In this document: positions 37,533 through 45,684 of the stretch, piece by piece
Layout of the letters: each line of letters opens with the position of its first letter
Position numbering within the stretch: the first letter of the stretch is position 1
Translations under genes and position numbers: made by a program
The notes under the pieces: generated by a model
Database searches by the model: none
What the model was told of the DNA's origin: nothing
The model's input: only the letters and a program-made list of their open reading frames with translations
NCBI GenBank assembly: GCA_020063185.1
Contig: JAGUUY010000039.1
Coordinates: 1-60,283, forward strand
Source: Bacillota bacterium
Lineage (GTDB): Bacteria; Bacillota; Desulfotomaculia; Desulfotomaculales; Ammonificaceae
Reading direction: 5' to 3'
Length of the DNA stretch: 60,283 nucleotides

Positions 37533-37560
37533 ATTTTAGACTTCAGGAAGCGATTTGTAA
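37533..37560 (-). promoter_or_regulatory. candidate sigma-A promoter for pheST
   Basis: Minus strand reads TTACAA (37555-37560) - 16 nt - TAAAAT (37533-37538), immediately after the upstream terminator. Confidence 0.4.
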
Positions 37561-37594
37561 AATAAAAAGCCCTTCGTACAAATACCAAGGGCTT
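37556..37594 (-). terminator. intrinsic terminator
   Basis: Minus strand reads AAGCCCTT-GGTATTTGTACG-AAGGGCTT (8-bp stem) followed by TTTTATTTT. Confidence 0.7.
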
Positions 37595-37827
37595 AAGCGA
37601 ACACTACCTTACGAGGAAACCGTCCCGCAACTTGTTCTGTCCCGGAAGTCTTTCTTAACCGGTTAAAGCGACCCCGACTTCCGGTTCTAAATTAATGTAC
37701 CGCCAACCTCCGGTAGAGAATGTAAGCCCCAATCGAGCCCGTCGCCTCAAAGAGCCTCCAAAAAAACTCAGCGGTCCAGAACATCGGCTCACAACCTTTC
37801 GCGGATCTTTGGCGCCTTTTTGGTCAG

Positions 37828-37856
37828 ATTATAACACACCACTACCGCGAAAACAA
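37828..37856 (-). promoter_or_regulatory. candidate extended -10 promoter of an unannotated unit of about 270 nt
   Basis: Minus strand reads TTGTTT (37851-37856) - 17 nt - TATAAT (37828-37833), with TGTG immediately upstream of the -10 (TGTGTTATAAT). Confidence 0.5.
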
Positions 37857-37935
37857 GAAACTCTGTGCGCTACTTTAGATACTTTATTATTACCGCTTGA
37901 GACGCTACGTAGTGAAATAAGGTAAAAAGCGATTT

Positions 37936-38739
37936 TCAGCGCCCGGTCAGCCGCTGGCGCGCCGCTTCGTAAAGCAAGAGGGCCGCCGCCACTGCCGCGT
38001 TCAAGGACTCGGTCTTGGGACGCATCGGGATAAACACCCGCGCCGCAGCGGCTTCAATCAACTCCGTTTTCGGCCCGACGCCCTCCGCGCCGACGACGAC
38101 GGCAACCGGCCTTCTAAAGTCGTACTCGTAATAGGGAATCGCACCCCGCGGTTCGGCTACGGCTAAGCGCAGGCCCGCCCGTGTTAGGAATTCGATCGCC
38201 TGGTGCGAAAAAACTCCCTGAACCACGGGAAAATGAAAAATGGTTCCCGCGGTAGCCCGGACCGTTTTGGGATTGTAAAGGTCGACTGTCCCGGTAAGGA
38301 GCAAGGCGCCGGAAGCTCCCGCCGCATGCGCCGTACGGATAATAGTCCCCAGATTGCCGGGGTCCTGCACACCGTCGATAACGACAACCAACGGCGGGGC
38401 GGGTACCAGCAAGTCGCTCAGTTCACTCTTTCTCATACCGGCGACGGCCAGAACACCCTGCGGTTCTTCAACTCTCGACAACCGTTTTAAGACCTCGGGG
38501 GGAATTTCGTAAACGCCCGCTCCTTTCGCCGCGGCGGCTGCCAAAATATCTTCGCTGCGGCCGCCGGCCAGAAACTTTTGCGTGCAGTACACGGCATCAA
38601 CGGTTACGGGTTCGGACAATGCCTCCCGCACCAGCCTGACGCCCTCAACAAAAAACCGCTCCTCTTTTTCCCTGTCGCGCCGCCTCGCCAGCCGCAGAAG
38701 CGCTTTCACGCGCGGGTTCTGCCTGCTTAAGCGCCTCAC
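37936..38739 (-). CDS. TrmH/SpoU family RNA 2'-O-methyltransferase (YsgA/RlmB-like)
   Basis: SpoU methylase C-terminal core (GNLGTIIRTA...SLNAAVAA). Its position upstream of pheS matches ysgA in Bacillus. Confidence 0.85.
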   Translation of the reverse strand: MRRLSRQNPRVKALLRLARRRDREKEERFFVEGVRLVREALSEPVTVDAVYCTQKFLAGGRSEDILAAAAAKGAGVYEIPPEVLKRLSRVEEPQGVLAVAGMRKSELSDLLVPAPPLVVVIDGVQDPGNLGTIIRTAHAAGASGALLLTGTVDLYNPKTVRATAGTIFHFPVVQGVFSHQAIEFLTRAGLRLAVAEPRGAIPYYEYDFRRPVAVVVGAEGVGPKTELIEAAAARVFIPMRPKTESLNAAVAAALLLYEAARQRLTGR

Positions 38740-39380
38740 TGCTCGAGTTTCTGTAACCGGTCGTTGCGCCCCACTACGACGAGCACGTCGCCTTCCTCCA
38801 TGATGTGGTGCGCTCCGGGTGAAATGATAATGTTTTCGCCGCGCCTGATAGCTAAGACCGTGACGCCGTGGGCGAGGCGTATCGCCGATTCCCCGATTGA
38901 TTTCCCGATAAACCGCTCCGGGGTAGTGAGTTCCATGATGCTGTAATCCGGTGAAAGATCGATCTGGTCGATGATATGGGCGGTTACCAGCGCCCGTGCC
39001 ACCCTGACGCCCATATCCCTTTCCGGGAACACTACTTTATCGGCGCCCACCTTGGCCAGTACCCGTCCGTGAAGTTCGGTGCGGGCTTTCGCCACCACCG
39101 TTTTCACACCCATTTCCTTGAGCATCACCGTTACCAGTATGTTCGACTGAACATCTTCCCCGATCGCCACGATCACCACGTCGAAGTTGCGGACTCCCAA
39201 AGACTTCAAAGCGTGCTCGTCGAGTGCGTCCACCTGCACTGCATGGGTCACGATTTCCATCACCGCGTTGACCTTTTCACCGTCACTGTCGACCGCCAGA
39301 ACGTCGTACCCCAAACGTGACAGTGTTTCGGCCACACTCGTCCCGAATCGTCCCAACCCGATAACCGCAAACTGTCTCAT
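38736..39380 (-). CDS. ktrA: K+ uptake regulatory subunit KtrA (TrkA-N/TrkA-C)
   Basis: GLGRFG Rossmann motif. 214 aa. The 4-nt overlap with the downstream methyltransferase start suggests translational coupling. Confidence 0.9.
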   Translation of the reverse strand: MRQFAVIGLGRFGTSVAETLSRLGYDVLAVDSDGEKVNAVMEIVTHAVQVDALDEHALKSLGVRNFDVVIVAIGEDVQSNILVTVMLKEMGVKTVVAKARTELHGRVLAKVGADKVVFPERDMGVRVARALVTAHIIDQIDLSPDYSIMELTTPERFIGKSIGESAIRLAHGVTVLAIRRGENIIISPGAHHIMEEGDVLVVVGRNDRLQKLEQ

Positions 39381-39393
39381 GTTTTTCTCCTCT

Positions 39394-40758
39394 TTACCCT
39401 ATTAGAATTTGCTCCTCCGGGTACCTGAGCACCGCCCGGCGGCGCTGCGCCAGCGCAAAAGCCACGGTAAGGGGCCCGAGCCGCCCGATAAACATGGTTA
39501 GTATTATCACTATCCTGCCCACAGGGGTCAGGTCCGGTGTAACCCCCATGGACAGACCTACCGTGCCGAAAGCCGAAAAAGTCTCGAACAACAGGACCAA
39601 AAAATTTTGCTGTTCGGAAATTAGAAGCACAAGTACCGCCAAACTGATCCAGGACAAGGCCATAAAAATAATGGTCATCGCTCTAAAGACCTGCGCCAGG
39701 GGTAACCGCCGGCCGAAGACCACCGGTTCTGCGTGCCCGGAAGCAAGGGAGCTTACCGATAAACCGAGAAGGGCAAAGGTTGTTGTTTTCACCCCGCCCG
39801 CAGTTGAACCGGGAGAACCCCCGATGAACATCAGGATGCAGAAAAAGAAAAGTGTTGTGGGAAAGAGCGCGCCGACATCCACCGTGCTGAATCCAGCGGT
39901 CCGCGGCGTCACGGACTGGAAAAAGGCGCTTTGCACTTTTACGCCCAGCGGCAGTCCGCTTAACGCGTTGTGATACTCCAGCGCCAGAAAGACGATTGTC
40001 CCCGCAGCCAGCAACAAAACCGTCGTTATTAATACCAGCTTGCCGTGAAGGGAAAAACGCCGCCACTTCTTCCGCCCTACCATTTCGCTTATTACTGAAA
40101 AACCCAGCCCGCCGATAATAACGGGCAAGGCGATGCCGAAAGTGATAAAGGGGTCCGCCGCGTAGTGTGCGATGCTCCGAAAATCTCCGAAAAGGTCAAA
40201 CCCGGCGTTATTGAAGGCTGAAATAGCGTGGAAGACCCCATACCACAGGCTTTTCGCCCCGGCTATGTCCTGTGACAGCCGGAGCGTCAATATCAGGGCA
40301 AAGAAAACCTCGATTACGACCGTAAAAAGCACGACGTATTTAACCAGACGAACAACACCGGCTACATTAACCTGGTTGAGCGATTCTCTAATCATTAAAC
40401 GTTCTTTAAACCCGATCTGCCGCCCTAACAAAATGGAAAAAAGAGTCGCACTGGTCATTATGCCGAGGCCGCCGAGTTGAATCAAAAGAAGAATAACCGC
40501 CTGGCCGAAAGAAGACCAGTAGGTGCCGGTATCGACAACGACCAGACCGGTGACGCACACGGCGGAGGTGGAAGTAAACAGCGCGGTCAAGAATCCCGGG
40601 GTCACACCCGTTTGGGTCGCCCAGCCGGTATTTAACAAAAGCGCTCCGGCCGTGATCAATCCCGCAAAACCTAAAACCAATACCTGGGGCGGCGTAAGCC
40701 GCCACTTTCTTCGCTGTTTGAATGGAGGGCTTTTTCGGGGAAATTCTATACTATCCAT
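39394..40758 (-). CDS. ktrB: K+ transporter membrane subunit KtrB/TrkH family
   Basis: 454-aa polytopic protein with repeated pore-loop-like segments (for example NAGFD and GGSPGSTAGGVKT). Confidence 0.9.
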   Translation of the reverse strand: MDSIEFPRKSPPFKQRRKWRLTPPQVLVLGFAGLITAGALLLNTGWATQTGVTPGFLTALFTSTSAVCVTGLVVVDTGTYWSSFGQAVILLLIQLGGLGIMTSATLFSILLGRQIGFKERLMIRESLNQVNVAGVVRLVKYVVLFTVVIEVFFALILTLRLSQDIAGAKSLWYGVFHAISAFNNAGFDLFGDFRSIAHYAADPFITFGIALPVIIGGLGFSVISEMVGRKKWRRFSLHGKLVLITTVLLLAAGTIVFLALEYHNALSGLPLGVKVQSAFFQSVTPRTAGFSTVDVGALFPTTLFFFCILMFIGGSPGSTAGGVKTTTFALLGLSVSSLASGHAEPVVFGRRLPLAQVFRAMTIIFMALSWISLAVLVLLISEQQNFLVLLFETFSAFGTVGLSMGVTPDLTPVGRIVIILTMFIGRLGPLTVAFALAQRRRAVLRYPEEQILIG

Positions 40759-40774
40759 TATCCTTTATGTGAAT

Positions 40775-40799
40775 AAGCATGGTTTAAATAACCATGCTT
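40775..40799. terminator. perfect 10-bp hairpin between rplT and ktrB (possible partial terminator)
   Basis: AAGCATGGTT-TAAAT-AACCATGCTT. Only a weak T-tract follows on either strand. Confidence 0.35.
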
Positions 40800-40826
40800 T
40801 GGTGTCGATTGCTATTAAACGCTATA

Positions 40827-41186
40827 CTACGAACTGAGCTTGGCTTTGGCGACCTGCACAAGTTCACCGAACGCGCGCTCGTCGTTAACCGCAATATCGG
40901 CGAGCACCTTGCGGTTGATCTCGACCCCCGCCTGTTTTAGTCCGCAAATCAACCGGTTGTACGATAGACCGTTCTGCCTGGCCGCGGCGTTGATGCGCGC
41001 GATCCAAAGCCGCCTGAAATCGCGTTTTCTGGCCCGCCGGTCGCGGTAGGCGTACACCAACGACTTCATTACCTGCTGCTTGGCCACCCGGTAGAGCTTC
41101 GACTTCGCACCCCAGTAACCCCGTGCCAGTTTCAGTACTTTTTTATGGCGCTTTCGTGAAATAACACTCGTCTTTACCCGTGGCAT
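40827..41186 (-). CDS. rplT: 50S ribosomal protein L20
   Basis: [39 protein letters not shown]. The start was trimmed to ATG 41186. Confidence 0.97.
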   Translation of the reverse strand: MPRVKTSVISRKRHKKVLKLARGYWGAKSKLYRVAKQQVMKSLVYAYRDRRARKRDFRRLWIARINAAARQNGLSYNRLICGLKQAGVEINRKVLADIAVNDERAFGELVQVAKAKLSS

Positions 41187-41239
41187 GTAAACCACCTCCT
41201 GAACCACATTTAACGATTAACATTACTTCGGAAAATCTT

Positions 41240-41434
41240 CTAATACGGCAGCATCCGTTTGAGACGCACCGCGTCTCCGCCTGTCAGGACCGTCTTGTGG
41301 CGCAGACGGCGCGTCCTGGTACTTGCTTTTTTTTCCAAAAGGTGGCTCTTGAATCCGTGCCACCCTACTATTTTGCCGGTGGCTGTTTTCTTAAACCGTT
41401 TAGCCGCTCCCCGATGTGTTTTGATCTTCGGCAA
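41240..41434 (-). CDS. rpmI: 50S ribosomal protein L35
   Basis: MPKIKTHRGAAKRFKKTATGK. TTG start is preceded by GGAGAGGAGGAA. Confidence 0.97.
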   Translation of the reverse strand: MPKIKTHRGAAKRFKKTATGKIVGWHGFKSHLLEKKASTRTRRLRHKTVLTGGDAVRLKRMLPY

Positions 41435-41966
41435 GCGTGTTCCTCCTCTCCTGATCCGGTCTGGGGGCTAAAATCATGATCATATTTCTGCCTTCGAGCT
41501 TCGGCGGCCGCTCAACAAGCGCCACTCCCTGAGCTTCTTTAGCCAGTCTTTCGAGGATCCTCTGGCCCAGCTGGGGATGGATTATTTCCCGCCCGCGAAA
41601 CATAAGAGTGACTTTTACTTTGTCGCCTTCTTTGAGGAACCGCATGGCATTGCGCGCTTTTACCTGATAGTCGTGCTCCTCGATGTTCGGCCGGAGCTTG
41701 ACTTCCTTAATGCTGACGATATGCTGCTTTTTGCGGGCTTCCTTGTCGCGTTTACTGGTCTCGTACTTGTACTTGCCGAAGTCCATAATTCTGCAAACCG
41801 GCGGCTTGGCCTGCGCGGCGACCTCGACCAGGTCCAACTCCCGGTCTTCAGCAATGCGCAGGGCCTCCCGAAAGGGCACAATGCCGACCTGCGTACCGTC
41901 AGCGTCGATAAGTCTTACTTCGCGGGCTCTAATCTCCTCATTGATCCGAAACTCTCTGGTAATAAT
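41400..41966 (-). CDS. infC: translation initiation factor IF-3
   Basis: INEEIRAREVRLIDADGTQVGIVPFREAL... The frame opens right after a TAA stop with ATT ATT (41966/41963), 5-8 nt after GGAGGTGGA. This is the classic non-canonical infC start. The ORF-track GTG start at 41879 truncates the N-domain. Confidence 0.9.
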   Translation of the reverse strand: MITREFRINEEIRAREVRLIDADGTQVGIVPFREALRIAEDRELDLVEVAAQAKPPVCRIMDFGKYKYETSKRDKEARKKQHIVSIKEVKLRPNIEEHDYQVKARNAMRFLKEGDKVKVTLMFRGREIIHPQLGQRILERLAKEAQGVALVERPPKLEGRNMIMILAPRPDQERRNTLAEDQNTSGSG

Positions 41967-42110
41967 TTATCCACCTCCAAAATTAATGCATCAATAAAGG
42001 CGGGCAGCATGCCACCCGCCTTTTGAGTCTTCTTAGTACCTTAACCTTACCGGCAACCGAAGCGCCGTAAGGTGAGAAGCGGACGGCTTCTGCTTGCAAA
42101 CCTTCTTTCG
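41967..42110 (-). promoter_or_regulatory. L20-leader-type attenuator upstream of infC-rpmI-rplT
   Basis: A leader of about 140 nt runs between a strong promoter and infC. It ends in a GC-rich hairpin (GGCGGGTGGCATGCTGCCCGCC, 41999-42020) followed by TTTATT (41993-41998). The architecture matches the Bacillus L20 autoregulatory leader. The motif identity was not verified by a covariance model. Confidence 0.6.
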
Positions 42111-42116
42111 GCGTCA

Positions 42117-42145
42117 TTATAACACGGCAATATAAACGCGTCAAT
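42117..42145 (-). promoter_or_regulatory. sigma-A promoter of the infC operon
   Basis: Minus strand reads TTGACG (42140-42145) - 17 nt - TATAAT (42117-42122), with GTG immediately upstream of the -10 (GTGTTATAAT). Confidence 0.65.
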
Positions 42146-42196
42146 AAATTACCTTTTCCGGCAGGCACAGGCTTCGACCAGAGGGTTCAGGCTTCA

Positions 42197-42700
42197 TCAT
42201 TCGAATCTGTCGTCGGCCTTGACCCGAGTCACCTTTTCCGCTTTCCCCGAGAGCCAACCGATATCCCCCTCCGTCCGGCCGTCGAATTGCGGTACGTACG
42301 GTTTAATGTCCAACAGCGGGGTACCGTCTACAATATCTACATCCTCGACCTTAAGCTCCGACCCGTCGACGCTTAAGAGCTTGACGACGGATATGCCGAT
42401 CGGGTTCGGGCGCCTGGGCGCCCTGGTGGCGAATACCCCGCGCGGGTGGTCGTCCAAAAAGGGCTTGACCGTTAAGGAATAGCCCTCGGAAAGGTGAAAA
42501 TGATAGACCAGGATAATGTGGGAAAAGCCTTCAAGGTCTTTTAGTCCTTCCGTATACCCCGACTCCACCGCAACGGTCCCCCTGATCCCCTTTGCCGCGG
42601 CGGGCTGGATGGGCGTCCCTTTAGGCTCCTTAAAAGGGGTCTGAATGGTTCCTATGGGTTTATACTCTATTTTCACGGCCTCACCTGATTTCCGACACAT
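42197..42700 (-). CDS. trmO: tRNA (m6t6A37) methyltransferase TrmO/TsaA family
   Basis: The block YKPIGTIQTPFKEPKGTPIQP...GFSHIILVYHFH is typical of the TsaA/YaeB family. Confidence 0.85.
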   Translation of the reverse strand: MCRKSGEAVKIEYKPIGTIQTPFKEPKGTPIQPAAAKGIRGTVAVESGYTEGLKDLEGFSHIILVYHFHLSEGYSLTVKPFLDDHPRGVFATRAPRRPNPIGISVVKLLSVDGSELKVEDVDIVDGTPLLDIKPYVPQFDGRTEGDIGWLSGKAEKVTRVKADDRFE

Positions 42701-42724
42701 GTTGACGTCTTGTATTCAGGCCAT

Positions 42725-44635
42725 TCAGATCGACTTGCGCTTAATCTCCGCTTGTATCTTGTCCCGGAATACACCGGGAGTCATCGATCCCTGGTCTCCC
42801 CCGGCACGGTGGCGGACCGCCAAGGTGCGCCCGGCTATCTCTTTATCACCGATAACAAGCATGTACGGTATCTTTTGGACCTGGGCCTCACGGATCTTAT
42901 AGTTCACCTTTTCGTTGCGGGAATCGAGCTCCACCCTGACGTTGCCTTGCTTGATGAAGTCGGTCACCTCCGCGGCGTAATCCGCGTGGCGGTCCGCGAT
43001 CGGGATCACCCTGACCTGGACCGGCGACAGCCATACCGGGAACGCGCCGGCGAAGTGCTCGATAAGGATGGCGATGAACCGCTCGATACTACCGAAGACC
43101 ACGCGGTGGAGCATAACGGGCCGATGGCGCCGGCCGTCTTCACCGATATAATACAGGTCGAACTTCTCCGGCATCAGAAAGTCAAGCTGGATGGTGCCGC
43201 ACTGCCAAGTCCGAGCGAGAGAATCCCGGAGGTGGAAGTCGATTTTTGGACCATAAAAGGCTCCGTCCCCTTCATTGACCTTATAGGCCAGGCCGCGCGT
43301 CTCGAGCGCCTCCCTCAGCGCCTCTATCGCCAAATCCCAGATGGCCTGGTCCCCCATCGCTTTTTTCGGTTTGGTAGAAAGCTCGACGTGATAATCAAAG
43401 CCGAAAACTTCCCGGTAAAAATAGTCTACCAGGTCGATAATCCCCAGAATCTCGTCCTTTACCTGGTCCCCGCGGCAAAAGATGTGAGCGTCGTCCTGGG
43501 TGAAGCACCGGACCCGCATCAGACCGTGCAGGACCCCCGAGAGTTCGTGCCGGTGGACCAGTCCCATCTCGGCGAGCCGGATGGGCAACTCTCGGTAAGA
43601 ATTCACCCGCCGCTGGTATACCAACATGCACCCAGGGCAGTTCATCGGTTTGATGGCGAAATTTTGGTCGTCGATCGTGGTGAAGTACATATTCTCCTTG
43701 TAGTGGTCCCAATGGCCGGAGCGCTCCCAGAGTTCCCCCCGGAGGACGACGGGTGTCCTGATCTCCTGGTATCCCCGGCGGTTGTGTTCCTCGCGCCAGA
43801 AGGACTCGAGCTCAAGGCGCAGGACCATGCCTTTGGGGTGGAAGAAAGGGAAACCCGGGCCTTCTTCATGGACGCTGAAAAGGTCTAGTTCCGCGCCGAG
43901 CCGCCTATGATCGCGCCGTTTAGCCTCCTCGAGGCGGTAAAGGTGTTCGTCCAAGAGCGACTTCTTTGGAAAAGAGGTACCGTAAATTCGCTGAAGCATC
44001 TTGTTGCGCTCGTCCCCGCGCCAGTACGCCCCGGCGACACTGAGCAGCTTGAACGCCCTGATATATCCCGTGTGGGGGACGTGAGGGCCCACGCAAAGGT
44101 CGGTGAACTCCCCCTGACGATAGCACGATATTATCGCTTCGGGAGGTAAATCGTTAATGATTTCTACCTTATAGGTTTCACCCATCACCCCGAACATTTG
44201 TATCGCTTCTTGCCTGGACAGCTCGAGCCGTGTGATCGGCAGGGCCGCTTTCACGATCCGCTCCATCTCGCTCTGGATGCGCTCCAGATCCTCGGGCGTA
44301 AAGGGCCGCGCCACGTCAAAGTCGTAGTAAAACGCGTCGCTTATCGGCGGTCCGATAGCAAGTGCGGCTTCGGGGAAAAGCCTTTTCACCGCCTGGGCGA
44401 GTATGTGTGCGGAGCTGTGACGGAAAATGTCCCTGCCGTCCTCGTCCTCAAAGGTTACAAATTCCAATAAGGCGTTTTCGGTCAGAGGCGCCGCCAAATC
44501 CACCAAATTGCCGTTCACCCGGACTCCCAGCGCTTCGTTCTGCAGGCGCCGGCCCATGTCTTTCAGAACCCCCGCACCGGTGGCGCCCTCTGGAAACTGC
44601 CGCTTCCCGCCGTCAGGGAAGGTAACGGAAATCAA
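42725..44635 (-). CDS. thrS: threonine--tRNA ligase
   Basis: N-terminal TGS domain (ISVTFPDGGKRQF) and a class II core. TTG start at 44635 lies 6 nt after AAAGAGGTG and gives 636 aa. The ORF-track extension to 44860 runs through the T-box leader. Confidence 0.96.
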   Translation of the reverse strand: MISVTFPDGGKRQFPEGATGAGVLKDMGRRLQNEALGVRVNGNLVDLAAPLTENALLEFVTFEDEDGRDIFRHSSAHILAQAVKRLFPEAALAIGPPISDAFYYDFDVARPFTPEDLERIQSEMERIVKAALPITRLELSRQEAIQMFGVMGETYKVEIINDLPPEAIISCYRQGEFTDLCVGPHVPHTGYIRAFKLLSVAGAYWRGDERNKMLQRIYGTSFPKKSLLDEHLYRLEEAKRRDHRRLGAELDLFSVHEEGPGFPFFHPKGMVLRLELESFWREEHNRRGYQEIRTPVVLRGELWERSGHWDHYKENMYFTTIDDQNFAIKPMNCPGCMLVYQRRVNSYRELPIRLAEMGLVHRHELSGVLHGLMRVRCFTQDDAHIFCRGDQVKDEILGIIDLVDYFYREVFGFDYHVELSTKPKKAMGDQAIWDLAIEALREALETRGLAYKVNEGDGAFYGPKIDFHLRDSLARTWQCGTIQLDFLMPEKFDLYYIGEDGRRHRPVMLHRVVFGSIERFIAILIEHFAGAFPVWLSPVQVRVIPIADRHADYAAEVTDFIKQGNVRVELDSRNEKVNYKIREAQVQKIPYMLVIGDKEIAGRTLAVRHRAGGDQGSMTPGVFRDKIQAEIKRKSI

Positions 44636-44940
44636 CGTACACACCTCTTTCGTCTTTCGGGTTAACCACTGTCGGTCGAAACAAATAAAAAACTCCCGCC
44701 CGGTCAGGGACGGGACTGTACACCCCGCGGTTCCACCCTGATTGGGAAGCAAGGGTCCTGGCCTTTCTTCCCCCCTCAGACTGCGGATAACGGCCGCCTC
44801 CGTCCAACACTCAATGACGGAAGCCGTATTGAGTGTGGAAGGCTCGGGGAGCGGTACCACTTGCCCGCTGCTTTCCCGGGGATGCTTTCAGCCGCGACAT
44901 CCCCTCTCTTTGGGAAGCGAAACAGTGGCTTAAACCCCGT
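44636..44940 (-). promoter_or_regulatory. T-box riboswitch leader of thrS
   Basis: The minus strand contains the T-box sequence AATCAGGGTGGAACCGCGGGG (44723-44743), followed by a terminator (TCCCGTCC...GGGCGGGA + TTTTTTATTT, 44683-44717). An upstream Stem-I-like region has an AAAGAGAG bulge and a GGGGATG/CATCCCC helix. An ACC triplet (44853-44855) is a plausible Thr specifier but is not proven. Confidence 0.85.
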
Positions 44941-45063
44941 CTGCGCGACGCTGGGAAAAACTGACGCAACCTCGGCCTGTGACTATCCGGGTTACATGCC
45001 GACTGAGCGCAAAACGCCACGCTGTCCGCCTTTGTTAATTATTAGGCTACCGGTTTAACTATA

Positions 45064-45684
45064 CTAAAATGCGGTGTTCCCTGTCAACCTTACCAGAAAC
45101 AGAAGACTTACCTGCAAAACCCCGATAAAAAATCCGAGTATTGCGCCCATTACCTCAATGTGCCTGATCTCCCGGGCGGCTACTTTGAAGACTACGCGCT
45201 CAAGGTCTTCAAGGGGAAACTGGTTAAGCTTGGTCTCGATCAACTGCGAGAGGCTGACCTCCCGCTTGAGGGCTTCCCCAAACGACTCGACGAGCCAGTC
45301 GATTAGAAACGGGAGGCGGTCACGTACCAGGTCGCTGACGGCCTCGGCGAGCGGCTTTTTGACTGCCAGGGGAACCCAGACGGGGGCTTTTTCCAGCACC
45401 GCCCCTCTAATCGCTTCCCGCAGAAGGGCCACGGTCCGCTCGGGCACTTCCCGCTCCTTAAGGTGCTGAAGGATGTCGTCGAGAGATACTATTTCCTGCT
45501 CAATTATAGCCCCGATGCTCGCAGCCAGCTCATACCGGCGCTTAGGGAGAACACCCTGGATGGTCCATTTAAACATCCGGTATGGTTTATTTGGTCGAAA
45601 AAGGAGTTTAACGGCCAGGCGGTTGGTCACCCAACCGATAAACGCTCCTGCAAGGGGTATTAGAATAATAGTCAGGTAAAACAT
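45064..45684 (-). CDS. DUF445 family membrane-associated protein
   Basis: LAGAFIGWVTNRLAVKLLFRPNKP...IQGVLPKRRYELA matches the DUF445 N-terminal signature. There is no gap after the hypE stop. Confidence 0.75.
   Translation of the reverse strand: MFYLTIILIPLAGAFIGWVTNRLAVKLLFRPNKPYRMFKWTIQGVLPKRRYELAASIGAIIEQEIVSLDDILQHLKEREVPERTVALLREAIRGAVLEKAPVWVPLAVKKPLAEAVSDLVRDRLPFLIDWLVESFGEALKREVSLSQLIETKLNQFPLEDLERVVFKVAAREIRHIEVMGAILGFFIGVLQVSLLFLVRLTGNTAF

Noticed and set aside
37388-37588. N-terminal extension of pheS
   Set aside because: The extension has no homology to PheS. It spans a terminator and a promoter-like site. GTG 37387 with an SD gives the canonical 340-aa length.
37556-37822. Known RNA classes for the 270-nt unit: T-box, SRP (scRNA), 6S RNA, ZTP or other riboswitches
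   Set aside because: It has no GGGTGGNACCGCG core, no GGAAGCAGCCA-type SRP domain IV, no extended 5'/3' end pairing with a central bubble, and no matching conserved cores that I can recall. It is left as an unclassified finding rather than a named feature.
42710-43888. 392-aa ORF on the plus strand
   Set aside because: It is entirely antisense to the well-supported thrS gene. The translation is low-complexity, Arg/Pro/Val-rich and has no motifs. This is typical of stop-poor antisense frames in GC-rich DNA.
44636-44860. N-terminal extension of thrS, and similar ORF-track extensions of hypE (46684-46803), sufC (25943-26017), zapA (33569-33634) and rplT (41187-41207)
   Set aside because: The extensions cover the T-box leader or overlap upstream genes. 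Internal starts with SD sequences restore family-typical N-termini.
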